This document shows, piece by piece, positions 28,801-42,304 of a stretch of 64,000 bases of DNA (position 1 is the first letter of the stretch; every line of letters starts with the position of its first letter). The position numbers and the translations under genes are program-made. The notes beneath the pieces are model-generated. The model saw only the letters and a list, made by a program, of their open reading frames with translations, was not told the origin of the DNA and did no database searches. This DNA comes from Tubulanus polymorphus (lineage: Eukaryota; Animalia; Nemertea): contig NC_134026.1 of the NCBI RefSeq assembly GCF_964204645.1, positions 8,703,950 to 8,767,949 on the forward strand, written 5' to 3'.

Positions 28801-29488
28801 GACCAGCCGCTGACCAATCAAATACTATATATCGCCAGTACTAATTTCTTCCTCTCATACCACGAGTCACGTCGTACGTTCTATCCATTTCTTCTTTTTT
28901 TTAATTTTTCGATGATGAATGCCTGTGCATGCACATACTTCAGATCGTATGAATATTTAAATATCATATCAAGCGTATAGTTTGAAATATTGAAGTAGTT
29001 TCAAATAATGAATGACTCACCAATTTATATGTGTATATCAATTGAATGAACTACATGTTTGGAAAAGGGTCGAATACGTGCAAGGATGTAATTCACTTTG
29101 CGTAATAATTGAAACATTGTACCGTGGCATATTGGGTTTTTTTCGAACTCAAAATGGACACTGATCGGCAATCCCATGGGATAGGTTGGTCTTACGGTAC
29201 TTTGGTATTAACTCGACCCTAGGGAGCATTCATAGTTATCTATGATTTTCCTTTGTTGTCAATGGTTATCGGCGGTTTAACCCGGCGTTAAACCGTAATA
29301 CTCAATTCAAACCAACGGCTTCAGACATTTATTGCGAAACATTTTTGAAAAAAAAATTGCTCGCGCGCCTGGGAACAAAACTCCAACGAATGGATCGTAG
29401 ACTAGAGATACCGGTATCGACATTTTCCATGATAAAGGAGCAGGCATAATACGAAAGTTTGACCAGATTTGTTGATATACAATTGACT
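25877..29488. repeat. Head-to-tail tandem duplication, unit 1806 bp (25877-27682 / 27683-29488)
   Basis: Sequence and ORF track recur at offset 1806 (26457 vs 28263; 26615 vs 28421). Only one difference was noticed (25879 c vs 27685 a); 2-bp ct microhomology at the junction. Confidence 0.95.
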
Positions 29489-30748
29489 GAGTCATCTGGT
29501 GTATACATGGAAAACGTCGCTTTCAAAGTTAATCGACGGCGCCGAAGACCCAAGACATTTGCTAATGTATCATAAATCAATAACGCCATCTCCGAAATGA
29601 ACAAGTGCGACAGAGAGGATAAATAAAAACCATTGCAAACTCTCATAAATGATATGCCAACTATGTAATTTACCCCCGAGGAACAGTAAACCCGAGATTC
29701 GTTCAGTGCACGCGCGCGCAATATTTCAGTCATCTCCACGTAAATTAAACTCGTTCAACTTTCATTAAAAGAAATCCGCGTTCGTAATAAGGAGCGTTTC
29801 GTGACGAAATAATCGGTAGTTTTATTAATAATGTTTCGAATGTGATTCAGACGTTACAGAGCCTTCTTTTGTTCGCGGCGATAGCGTCAACAATGAATTT
29901 TGAACGACCCTCTCTATATAGCGCGCGGTTGGATTCGAAAAATGATTAGGAGCGAATTTCAGTTATTTCGAGGACGGCGCGCATTGCTTTGATTAGCCGA
30001 TACCACCGCCGAGTCTTAACCGGGCAAATTGCCGCCGAAAAATAACAAAGTTAATTTTTCCGATAGATTGATGACGCAGGTCTAGGCAGCTGTCCAGACG
30101 ATGTGATAAATCAGCCGAGCATGCCAGAAAAATATTCCGTATTACACAAATTCTCGGACGACAAGAAACTCTACGCAGAATTTCTCTACGCGCAAATTGA
30201 AGCGTGCATAAATCACGACTTTGCCATATTCGTTTACCTGTCCATTAATTGCGAACAGCGGAATACACCACGTGATTGATCGAAACTTCAGAAGAAGTTC
30301 AGCCGTAATTGCTACAGTGTTGTGACAAACCATACTGCGTCAATAAGCCGGCAAGAATTCGAGACAATCGCCGGTGATCACGATTGACTGAGGCCGTGAT
30401 GAATCGGCCGGCGCGGTTCATGCCTACGAAAACAGCCAATATATACGCGAGATAATAAAATAATTCATAAGCTCATAAATCTTGCCGATGCGGAAATATA
30501 CGACGAATTGTGAGAGGAAAAATTCCGTGACGTCACGCGAGCAAAATTCTTCGCCCGCTACTGTACGCGGCGGTCCTTTCGAAGGCAAACGGGAACTTTT
30601 TGCATTTTCAGTATAGCAAACGATAACTTTCACAATGTTATCCAACTCAAATCTGGGTGATCGTCTGTTCCCGGCCAACAACTCTATGTGACACCAGTTA
30701 GAACTTCTCCCATCCCTTTTTCAACATTTTCAAAAGACAGTTAAAATC

Positions 30749-30925
30749 TACCCCAGTGAAGTTCATTACTTGTTCCTTATTCCTTATTCCATTACTTATT
30801 GAGAATTCATCTCCCAATAAGGAACAAAGAACAAGAAATATGTTACTTGTTCCTTATTGGGAGATGAATTCTGAATAAGTAATGGAATAAGGAATAAGGA
30901 ACAAGTAATGAACTTCACTGGGGTA
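30749..30925. mobile_element. Fold-back MITE with 10-bp TSD (Mutator-like)
   Basis: Near-perfect palindrome taccccagtgaagttcattacttgttcc...ggaacaagtaatgaacttcactggggta, flanked by agttaaaatc at 30739-30748 and 30926-30935. Confidence 0.85.
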
Positions 30926-31367
30926 AGTTAAAATCTTGGCTTTTTTTCGCGGCACTTATTGGAGAGATAAGCGCTGTGAGCTTGCTTTTATATGGATGAG
31001 CGCGATACAAGTAATTACTGTTGTCTTAATAAAGTATTATTAAATCAGTTGTTTTGTCCCAGAATTGAGACATTGCGAAACACGATTGCGTCTACATTTA
31101 CAACCAGTTTATAAGATTCATTTTTCCGGACGCACAGACACACGGCTTCTTCGAAAGCAAAGGGGAGATTTTTGCATTCTCAGCAACATATCGAACACTA
31201 ATGATGATGTACAAGCCGTTTGAACGATTAGTATCAGTTAAGTTTATTTGCGCCTCAATCAATGCATTTGCACAGAGCACGAAATGTATAGATTCGATAC
31301 ATAAGACCTGCAATGGTAGGCATCGAATTCTTGACTCACAAAAGCAGATGAATAGCTTTGATCATTA

Positions 31368-31536
31368 GTTTCAAATGCAAATTCCACGACGATGTTTTTC
31401 ACGTAGGCCCCTAAATTTTCCAAATCATTACGAGTAGTCCCTTGTATTCAGCGTACCACGGGAACTTTTGACTTAATGATATGGAAAATTTAGGGGCCTA
31501 CGTGAAAAACATCGTCGTGGAATTTGCATTTGAAAC
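31368..31536. repeat. Fold-back inverted repeat (~63-bp arms)
   Basis: gtttcaaatgcaaattccacgacgatgtttttcacgtaggcccctaaattttcca and its reverse complement; no TSD. Confidence 0.85.
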
Positions 31537-32066
31537 GGCGCGATATAACGAGCACTTTCTCAGAATTCTCAGATAGAAATTAAGCATTCTTGATTTGTGT
31601 AGCCACGAATAAACGTTTCGATTTCAATATTCAGTACAAAACGCGTGAATGGCAATTTGCAAATTATTACCTATGGATCCCGCGAGAGAAATTATAAGGA
31701 CTGCGAGAGTCTTTAGCGACAAGTTGTTCGGGGAATCAATCGCGAATAATTTTCACATTTGTCATCGGAATAAATCGCTCGATTCGAAGTGTGCACGGAT
31801 TGCGACCCGCAGGTTTAACTGCCGAAGCGACGTGGCGCCGAAGAAGTATTCGAATGAGTCAAAATCGAAACGACGGGGAGAGAGGCAGCATTGATCGAAG
31901 CCTTTTCATTGTTTTTCAATAAATTATTGAGTATCAATATAGGACATGAGTCCCTGAGTTGAATTCGCTCGTGTTTATAGACGCAAGGTTACGAGTTCTT
32001 CTGTTGGCGAGGTTCGAGACATATTGAGTTGAAACACGACTTCACATTTCTAATCAACCGTGAGTC

Positions 32067-32322
32067 AGCCGCGATCACACGAGCTTTTTTGGTCCGTGGC
32101 GAATTTGGCCCGACCAAAAACGTCGGACCAGGACCGAGCCAAATTTTAGCACGGGTCAAATCATTGCTACAGGTTCCCAAATTCGATTTGTTTAAGCATT
32201 GTTTAGTATCGAGTGAGTGGTTTACATGTGAGCGCGCTCTCTAATTAGGCACGGGCAAAATGTGACTCGGGCCAACCGTGCCAATTTGGTCCGGGCCAAA
32301 ACGTCTCCGTGTGATCGCGACT
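32067..32322. mobile_element. MITE, PIF/Harbinger-like
   Basis: TIRs agccgcgatcacacg / cgtgtgatcgcgact, with internal ggccc/ggacc/ggcac subrepeats. Confidence 0.7.
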
Positions 32323-32554
32323 AAAATCTAACCATGAACTGTGGAACTGGGTCCAATATGAAACCGTGCCCGGAACTAGTAGTTAGAACAATTTTACTTT
32401 CAAGCTATTGCCAAATCAACGAGTCAAATAACTCACCACTGTGATGCTCTGGGCACAAATTAAGAAGGTATATTGATTCCAGTTGTGGGTTCAGTTTATC
32501 AGGTAACTCAAATCAATCAGTTTCTTTTATTCAACACCGAAGATAGTACTATAT

Positions 32555-32825
32555 CCTGGGTTCGAACCCCGTACGTTACCGTAGTGTCCCTGGGCAAGAC
32601 ACTTATCCTCATTGCCTCTCTTCACCCGGGAGTAAATGGGTACCTGGCCTGATCCTGACTCCTAAGCGCTTAGCAGCTGCTCGGATGTTACTTCTCTCCA
32701 GGGAGAGGTGACTGATAAATGGTTAGAGTTGTAGGCTGGGGGTAATGATACCAATTTAATAGAATTTGCCGTTGAACATTGTATCGCAGTGAAAAGGGCG
32801 CCCTAGAAATTGAAGTTACTATCAT
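32555..32825 (+). mobile_element. 5'-truncated copy of the CORE-like SINE at 652
   Basis: gggttcgaaccccgtacgttaccgtagtgtccctgggcaagacactta...gtaaatgggtacctggcctgat aligns with 705-890. Confidence 0.85.
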
Positions 32826-35800
32826 CCAATTACTAAATTACTATCTAGGAAGAAAGCTCAGCGAAGCGAGGAAGGACACATAACGTATGAATGGTTTCGA
32901 TGTACTGAGTTACGTGACATTTGGCCTACCGTTATAAGCCGTAATTAGCTGAGTTTTAGTGGCCAAATTCACTGTGAGCTCGATAGTAACGTTAAATCAA
33001 TTATTCATACAAATATAATTACGATGTACACCAGCTCCAGTTCCTTTGTAATGGTAATAAAATGAATCGAGATGACTTATGAAGCTGTATATCCCTGGAG
33101 AAATTGCTGAAATAGACGGATGATTTCGCCTAATTTCCCCGACTACGTCCGATGATACATCTACAGAATACTGAGAAGCCTCGGGATTGGACTTCACTTC
33201 GTTAGCGGTCATTATAACATGAGAAATCGCCGGCTAAATCCACCGACGTTCGGCGTTCGACCAGTTAACGGCTGTCCCTCGCCTCGCGGTTCTAAAAAAT
33301 CGAGACACTTTACGAACGAGAACGAAATGGACATGTACAATTAATGTACGTTAGCGCGATATTCGGTAGGTGCCAATACCAAATCCCATTTCAATGAGCG
33401 AAATAGGCGCCGCGACAAAACATTCACATCAGGACAAATGGCTGGTAAGTATCAACTCCCACGATGGTAAGCATTTGCCGCTCGCTGTTTACAAAAGGCT
33501 TCGCCATAATACGTATGATACAAAGGAAATTCCTCAATCGTATTCGTTTAAAGAGAAACCTACATCAGTAACGGAACAACACAGAGAAACTGACATGAAA
33601 TAGTTTAGTTTACCCAATGAAATAATAGAAGATATTGACACTGAATGTTCTACAAATTGATTACTATCCCTCAATTCGAAATAACCCCGAAATACAGCAG
33701 AAATAATACCGCATAATAACGCACATTTTCTACTGCGCACCAAACGAGAACACGGCCGTAACCAGTCTATGAGACTTGTTTCTAGTAACCACTTACCTAG
33801 GCAGGTTCCGTTCTGACTACGGTTTCATAGTACAAACTGTTATGCAAATGGAAAACTGGGCGTACATTACATCCTAAAATTAATAGAACTAACTGAACTC
33901 GATATGAACTCGAAATACGAAAAAGTTTATGTCACTTTAGTAGATAGAGACGGCCAAACACGGCCTTGCGCGGACGATTAAGATGTTCAGGGTGATAGAT
34001 TGAGATGGAGGATTTTCATCATGGCCGGAGGAAGAATTCCTCTGAAGCAATAAAATGCTTCGCCGAGAAACGAGGCTCGGTCAATAAATACGTAGTATAC
34101 GACGAGGTTTATGCGGTATTCGTGTCGGGGACAAAGACATTTTAGCTTTCAGCCACATCAGATGTGAACATACTTGAGGAAGGCATATTTTCTGCAACTT
34201 CTCCATAATAACACAATAGAAAGACGAATGGCGAAATGCGGGGTGAAAGCGGCAAAGCCATTAAATCATCGACGGCACGTCAATGCCAGTTATAGAAGAT
34301 CAGGCCAAACGAACGAGGCAGGAGAAAAATAATGGAACTTTTGCTTTGTCGACTTGAAGTGGATTAGGTCCATTAAATTAATGACGTGACGCCACCTGGA
34401 TGGGAATCAATTACCAACGGCGCATGTCTTATGACGGGTCCGTCTGCCGGAACAAGAAGGGATGTAATCATGCAGAAGGTCACCGTAGAATGCACATTAT
34501 TCATAAGGCTACGGTTATGGCTTATATTCACGGTATAGCGGACACGTTTACCGACGCAACTTACAGATCACTGACTAGTGATAAATATCATTACAGCGAA
34601 CCGTCTTGATTTATGCACCGATACCCGTAATATCATCAACCAGTCCATAGAACAAACCGCGACCGAGGAGTTATTTCCCTAAACGGATCGGCCCTGCCGC
34701 CATAACATATACCGAAGGATCTAAATCAAATGTTACGGCTCCTATAGATTTCAAAAAGTTACCGCTGCAAACAGAAACTGTCTTTTGTGGTTCTTTGAAC
34801 CTCGGGGTAATCATTCTGAATGATTACCCCGAGTTTGGTAACATATACCTATCAACCGTATGTACACCTTGCTTCTCACACACTCTGCGGTGCTTTCAAC
34901 TGAGACAGACGCGTGCACCTCGGGCACAATTCCCGACGCCGCATGTCTCGGTGCAATTTCCGCGATGGCTTTGTTTTTGCTTCCGAGCACAAAATTCCAA
35001 TACATACCAGAATGGTCTGTCATCTCTGTGGAAGCGGCTTTGAGAGATTGTGTGTGCATGATCAACCAGAGGAAGATAGAACGACCTAATGAACTTCACC
35101 TTTGAGCTGATGAAGGCTATTTATCAGACGAGGCAGGATTACCTGAACAAACTGACCGTGAACTCATCCTGATGTAAAAAATGTATCCCCTATTGGATCT
35201 CTCCATCGTTGACACCGTAGGTGAAATTAGGGGAGGGGATTTGTGATCGTGAATATGTGATCGACTTATATAGCGAAGTCGACGACCTTGAGTGTATTAA
35301 GATGTCATGTAAATAGATCTCGAGTTTGTCGTACGAGCGCCCGGCACATCAGTATTAATGTAAATCAGTCCATGATTCTAGAATTAACCACTAATTGTCT
35401 CGTGTAGTCGTGGGTGTCTCGCTCCGACGTCTTGCAGTCAGCGCACACGCGCGCGCTCGCATCTCTGCCAAACCCAACCGACGCCGATCCCTACGGACGG
35501 AGATAAGTGAGTCGCCGAGGTAAAAGTAATCACCAACAATCAAGTCATGTTCCCCGAAGATAGCTCTAGAGAACCATCTATCATTGCGAAGACACAATAG
35601 ATAACGATAGGCACTTATCCATTGTGAACGAAAAAAACTTTTTTACGGAATGGCACCTTTGAAATGCGTATACGTAGCACGCGTTGAGTCATCTCGGGGT
35701 ATTTTACTCGCTAGGGTTAAAAAGATTACCGCAAGGCAATGTAAATGATACATTGTGATCAGGAGAAAACTACAATGCACTACTGTGTTGACCTTTACAT

Positions 35801-36074
35801 CACAATAACCTATCAAATTGTATCGATATCTACAATAGTAGCTAGCCACAGAAAAAACCACAAACCTCGTCTGACAAAAATCTATGATGTAAAACCGAAT
35901 TTATTAGCTACAAATGTAACATATTTGAAAAAAAATCAGGACCCGCTTCAAAATTGATTTGATTTTGAACCGGTTGCTGAATTAGAACGTATAGGTTGAA
36001 GCATCTTCCCTCAGCAGGGATTCGAACCCGATGGCATCGCTACACTCAGCCTCGGCACGAACCCCTACCACAGT

Positions 36075-36178
36075 CATCTTCACCCGTCAAGGGATTCGAA
36101 CCCACTACGCTTAAGCTGTTCGCCGAACTGGTGGAAGCGAGTTCAGGAGTGATACCGGACCCCTGGCAAGCGAGGATG
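36075..36178. mobile_element. Nested element X (internally deleted, inverted copy of Y)
   Basis: Ends catcttcacccg / cgaggatg; flanked by accacagt / gccacagt. Confidence 0.65.
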
Positions 36179-36205
36179 GCCACAGTAGACCGGGTGCGCA
36201 GGTAC

Positions 36206-36532
36206 CATCCTCGCTTGCCAGGGGTCCGGTATCACTCCCGAACTCGCTTCCACCAGCCCCCTGGCCTCACGAAGCGTGATTTCATTACTTGCGCTGTTGC
36301 GCATGACGTCATATATCGATTTGCGAAATACTTCCTTGTTCGGTAAAACGTTCGCTGATTGGTCAATTTAACGGGAAAACCAACATAAGTCTACTGACGG
36401 TTTGTTACAAGCGCTGTGATTGGTACGACCGGATTCTGGTCGGCTAGTAACGACTCCAACGACTCGTGAGGTCAAGGGGTTCGGGGAACAGCTTCAGCGT
36501 AGTGGGTTCGAATCCCTTGACGGGTGAAGATG
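36206..36532. mobile_element. Nested element Y
   Basis: Ends catcctcgc / cgggtgaagatg; perfect 9-bp TSD cgcaggtac (36197-36205, 36533-36541). Confidence 0.75.
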
Positions 36533-37746
36533 CGCAGGTACATGCGCAGCTGTGCCGTACGAAATCCTGCGGCACCAATCAGATTGCGCGTTGTATAATC
36601 GCTGAGGTAAATTTCACGGAAGAACTATAAACGGGAAAACCCAGGGTTAGAATAAAACGGGATATCTGATTGGCTTATAATGACATCACCTAATATGCGC
36701 GTGTAGCTGCGCACTCGGTCTAGTGTGGCAGGGCTTCGTACCGCGGCAATCTTGATGCCATCGGGTTCGAATCCCTGCCGGGGGAGGATAATGTTGAAGC
36801 TAACATTTTCATTAAATCTCGTTGTACGGATTTCGGTTCATCGTTAGCAACGGCAAATCCCGTGAATAAATGACGGATTCCGATATTATCGAAGACGGAA
36901 CATGAATTCATTAAACTTGTCTGTCGCCTTTTACGTGGATCAAAGCCGATACAGTCAATTGGACACGAAATGAGTTGATTACACCACAAAGATATCAACT
37001 TCATTTCTTCAAACGGGAATAATCAATGTGTGAACGCAGGCGCAAAGGTTAAAATGCCAGCAGATATATGCCCCATAAAACGGGACGTGTTCGATTATTC
37101 AAACTGCATCAAATGAGATGGATTAAATTTTCAGCGATCTTTCGAAAATCTATTAATCGATACACGCAACTCCGGAGAATTCCATTTTCGGCTGTCTGCA
37201 AATGAAATAAAAATCAATTTGGACTAAGATAAGAGCTAATGGCCTTGGTTGTGTTCGTGCGCCGCCGCGTAATCATTCGGCGTATGGAAAACAAAATTTC
37301 GAAAGTCGTCTTGCGCTTCCTTGAATGTTTCGTCAATCATATTAACCCCTTCCTCCGCGACCCCTATTTCTTCGGTTTAGATCGCGATTGCAGGTAGCCA
37401 GTATTATACCCCGCAGGCAATCAACTGTAGCGGGAGTACGTCATAGGCTATTGATCGATTAGCTAGTACGCCATCCAGGGATTCGAACCTGATAGAAGCC
37501 CTCTAGCATTTGAATTTCTTTTTTTGTGAGGGGAGGCAGAGAATCCTGAAAAAGGGGCAGTTCAATTGGATATGACAATAATATTTGCAAAAAATGGCAA
37601 TGACATGGTCATTAACCAGTGAGAAATCACGTGGCATCAGGTTCGAATTCGTGCAATAGTATGATGGAACTATCTGATAGAACATACTATTGTGTCTTTT
37701 ACAGACAACTTTACAATTACTTTTATTGAAGGAAATGTTAAGCTTA

Positions 37747-37965
37747 GGCTAAACAAAAATGATACCTTGTTTCTCCACAGCGGCCGGGTCATTTTTGTAA
37801 AATATGATAAAATTTATAAACAGTTCATTTCTATAGCGGCCGGGTCTGTTATGGTGAAATTGATCACGATTTAAAAAAAGTAATCTATAGGGTAGATAGG
37901 CGGCCGGCCGGGTCAACATTTAAGCTCAGCAGAGCGGAGAAACAAGGTATCAATTTTTTTTGGCC
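37747..37965. mobile_element. MITE, PIF/Harbinger-like (TTA TSD)
   Basis: TIRs ggctaaacaaaaatgataccttgtttctcc / ggagaaacaaggtatcaattttttttggcc, flanked by tta on both sides; internal cggccgggtc repeats. Confidence 0.75.
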
Positions 37966-39468
37966 TTATATAGTTATATATGCATATGAGTAGATTGTGC
38001 GTGTAGTGTGTGCACGATAGCGAACACTAGACGTGTGCATGTGCGCACACTGAAGGGAAATGGCTCATGTTACGAGGTTGGAGTTGGAAAAGAGCATAAG
38101 TTGCTATCATTGAAATATAAGGACTTGTATGGGATGGTTAGCACGGTCAGTGGGAGTAGAATAAGTAGTGGTACTGAGCGAACCAAATAGGGTCAGGTTA
38201 GAGGATGATGATGTCATGGAACGTGGGAAATAAGTATATAAATAATTCTAAGGTTTTTTTGAGACATGAAAGAGAGAGTTAGGAAGAGATATTGTAACCA
38301 GTAGTAAAGGCAAATAAAGAAGGCAAAAGTGGTATCATTCAGCAAAGAAGTGTTAGTGGTTAATATCAGGCCGAGGAACCAGTGACAGAGGATCCGGCAG
38401 TTCAAAATTGGTGAACACAGTCAGAACAACGATAGAAGAGATCCAGTAGTCACCAGACTAGTAGAGGTTTTAATTCCCACAACAGGAAGTCATCGATAAC
38501 TGGATTGATCTTTACCTGAACGATTCGAGTATCCGGGAAAAGTTCTCGGCGAAATTAACCCGTATCAATCAGTAACAGAAACAGAAACGAGGTGGATAAT
38601 AATAATGCCGACTTCAAAAATTGAAAAAAAGATGAAATGAGTGACATCAACGGAAACGATGTTTACATATAGACATGCTCAGAAATCGCGCAACTGGCCA
38701 AGTCCGGTGTTTTAAATAAAGCGGTAATCACGATGTCTATAATAGAGTCATTACTTTTAGTACTCAGCCGTTGGGGAATGGGGGCTTTAGCCCGAAGAAG
38801 CAAATTAATTTATCGCGCTGACCAAAGGTAGTAAATGAAGTAAAGAGCTCAATGAGCCATTACCCATTATCGTTCTTAAATGGGGAAAACACACTGCATC
38901 GATTGGCATCAGACCGCGATGAGGTAAATCGTTTGTAAGCTATTTTCCTAATCCCGGGTTATCTTATACGGCAGCCGCCGCGTATCTTGTAAGGTGCTTA
39001 ATAACTTGACGTGGTTGACTCACCGGGCAAACCGCTGAGGAAACATAAAACCCTAATCCATGATTTACCGTCGCCACTTTGCCGGAATTTCACGCCATTC
39101 GCACACCTATCACGATGACCTATCATGGCTGTACACATGCCGTACGAAATTCATCAACTAGTCGTATATATACATTGTTACACTGAGTAACGCGTCGTAT
39201 CGAGGAACTGTCTTTTTCTCAACGAAGTATACATCGATCGGTGTCGTCGTCTCGTCGGTGCACCCTCGTGTCTCTCTCGAACTAAATCTATGGCGATCTC
39301 GTAGTAATTCGTGACATGATTGTGATATATCGCATGCTTTATATCAGTTATGTACCCATTGGTCTATTTCATATTATACGTAGATAAATCCCTCATCCGC
39401 GCAAAATTCTAGTAAATATATATATTTTATTATCTTCAATGCAAATGGGGACCGCAGCACAATCTATC

Positions 39469-39483
39469 CCACCAGATGGCGTT
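39469..39483 (+). promoter_or_regulatory. CTCF-like motif
   Basis: ccaccagatggcg matches the CCASYAGRKGGCR core, with cgcag upstream at a spacing like the CTCF upstream motif. Confidence 0.4.
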
Positions 39484-39773
39484 ACGAGCACTCGATTTTC
39501 TGAACTTTGAACTGGAATCTAGACTCCCATTCCATATATAATCACAGGACCCACTAGCTCTAGATAAACTTTAAATTCATTTTTGCTGCTCAGTGATTGT
39601 TACGGTGATTTTAGAAGAGATTGAATACAGAACACAGAATTCTTATTTTACTCCCACCAGAATTTTGGTATACACTAAGAATAAACATTTGAAATTAACA
39701 TCATTTGTTAGAGTGAAAAGAAAGTATATACACGCGAAGTTCTACATAATATTCACAGAATTGAATATAACTA

Positions 39774-39833
39774 CTAGCGAACCTGGTGGATTATCACTTG
39801 CCATAAGTGGAATCCTCGATTGCCACAGTAGCG
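39774..39833 (-). repeat. ~60-bp motif family C (Helitron/Helentron terminus-like), copy 1
   Basis: Reverse complement of 55054-55113. Confidence 0.7.
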
Positions 39834-42304
39834 TCGAGAATCCCCACTAATACGGGCATTTTTCCTCGAGATAACAGGTACGTGGCTGCCGTATGGCGGC
39901 CAATTGAGACACGGATAGCACGTAGTGAATACTAGGTAATACGGCGGGAAAGTTGATCGCTAAGGTTTTTCTCGAATATTCACACGATCGTGGATGATGG
40001 ATATTAGCCGCAGAATTTTATTGTACGATAATGCGTTAGACATTGCGCTTAATTGGTCGTAAACTTATAGTCCAGCTAGGCGCGCTGTCACGTCCCCCGT
40101 TCAGGCCCGACGAAGCTGCTTAAATGATTCATGAGACAAATATGAAGTAATGGCTACGGTTTTCATTTATAATTAATTGATAATCGTGGCGGAGAATTGC
40201 CATAAACGTCGATAGCCTCCGCGCTCTCATATACCGAGTACTTTGATGTATGGGTATTCGAGCAAACAGCTGAGAGAACTATTAAATTGTATTTTTGTGT
40301 AATCAAATCTTTATCATATCTGTCATCGGTGTCAGGCAGTTTGTTTGCTATTCAAACACGTTTAGAATTGACGCGGTATTCATCGGTTGAATTTACGTAT
40401 AAGCGCGTGCAGCTGAAACGCGAAAGAGAGAGAAAATTCAAATGACGTTTGGCGAACCGCCGAAGTGACTCATTTCGTTACTGCCGAACTGTTTTCCTTA
40501 TCCTCGGGGATACGACATTAGACAATTGTATTTACGTCGAACGGTCACGCGAGAGATAAGAGAGAGACTATTTACTCGGGGCGAATTCACAAACACCACG
40601 CAAATGGCCGTAGCGGGCGACTGGTAAATGGCTAATGCAATGATCGTTCTGGATGAATGGAACACACTTCATTGATTGGTCAAAATTGTTCGAAACAACA
40701 TCCGCGCAGATATGATAGTGGTTCTTTTTTATCATTTAGCGTCAGTAATCGCGAGAGACTATCGACGCAATTTGGCGGACTGTTTGTAATCAAACAGCGA
40801 TGCGGCCCAATCACGAGTCACGATAAACAGCAAATAGACGTAATTTTGACCATTCACGGCGGGATGACATCGCATTACTTCAGCCGAACACAAACAATAT
40901 TTGCTGTGCAATAAACGCCCGAGCCGCGACCGTCCGCACAATACTTCTTAACTAACCACGAATCGAATAAAAACCAGAAATCGAATTCGGCTCTCCGCGA
41001 AAAACGGCACATCCATGAATGACTTATAGTCAATTCCGTTTACCACTTGGGTGGATTACCCCGGGTGTCAATTCCTTGCTTGAAAATGCCGCTCAAGTCA
41101 TCGCCGCTACATCATTTATGATGTCAAAATGAAACCGCACGAATCAATGATTCACGTTTAAAAGTGATTGGCAAGCATGAAAATCATGGAGATCGATGAC
41201 CAAATATTCACCACCGAGACGCCTGGAAAAAAATCCATCGCGTTCGCGGCGGCTTCGGGGTTCTGTCTATTTTCACGGAAAATCAAGATGGAGTTGTTTT
41301 TCGCCTCGTGTTTTCTCTTTTTATCAGCTACAGCGTCACGTTGTGCATTAGGCATTAGGCACTTTGGCGAAATCACCGGTAAAGTGTCGTTTCAAATCTA
41401 TGCCGTTATCAACAATCGTCCCAACACTACTTCGTGGTCGTTATTGAGTTGTTGATGGTTGTTGTCGTAGGAGGGCTGACACTTCATTAAACACTGTGCG
41501 TAGTCGCGATCTTAGACAAAATAGCGAACTATGTACCCAACAAGAATAGATTGAAGTACGAAGCAGCTGCTATTTTCGCTGTTGTTTTTTACGCTTCGGA
41601 GTAGTTTGAAGGTACCCGGGCTTGTTGTTTGTATTCGCTTCATATTATGTGTAAAAAGACAACAAGTATCACGTAAGGCCTACGATCGCTTTACTCCCGT
41701 GGTCTTAATGGAGAAGTGTTGTAGTGGGATTAGGTTAATACTGAAGGAACAACTCGACCAAACGACTTTTTACACGATCGGCCACTTAAGAACCCCAGCC
41801 AAAATATGCACCGTGATAGGTCGAGGTTTTGTCGCCATGGTTACTCCTAATCTATCATAGTACGGATGAGTTAGTGTCATTATTGTTTCGAACAGTGTAC
41901 TTCCGCTTCCGTGACCAGGGACAAAGCGGCATTGTTTCGATTGTAACTAATCAACCGCACGATTTTATACTTGAAATGAGTCAAACTATTATTTCATGGA
42001 ATCCATTAGAAAGAATGAAGTTAAGGGAAATTCGATGAAATCTCTTGCTAAGTGAAACGGTTGCGATGTGCAAAAACTTCCCCCTACTAGATAGCGCGCT
42101 CACGCTCCATTACACCATCTTTGCAGAAGACGCGTTCGCGTTACTGAAAAATCTGAAATGTCATTACAGCGTAAAAGCACATGGGAATTCGTTTCTAATC
42201 ACAATCTCATCACATCATAGATTACTAAGTAAACGGTATAGTATTAAACCAAGCATAAGTCGTTAAGCAGTCGTGCTGTTTATATACGCGTATACGTAGT
42301 TCCG

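Larger units (their letters stand above)
36002..36790. mobile_element. TIR element (CATCTTC...GAGGAT) hosting two nested insertions
   Basis: Long TIRs contain gggattcgaaccc / gggttcgaatccc; 9-bp TSD aggttgaag (35993-36001) / atgttgaag (36791-36799). Confidence 0.7.

Noticed and set aside
33797-33873. Minus-strand exon candidate with a VFHLHNS (YEATS-like) peptide
   Set aside because: Splice sites look plausible, but this frame ends in a stop at the donor and the similarity covers only a few residues.
34860-35175. Coding-like plus-strand stretch
   Set aside because: Interrupted by a stop and shows no recognisable homology.
36128-36256. Independent hairpin element that captured its own target site
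   Set aside because: More simply explained as the facing ends of two inverted insertions, each with its own TSD.
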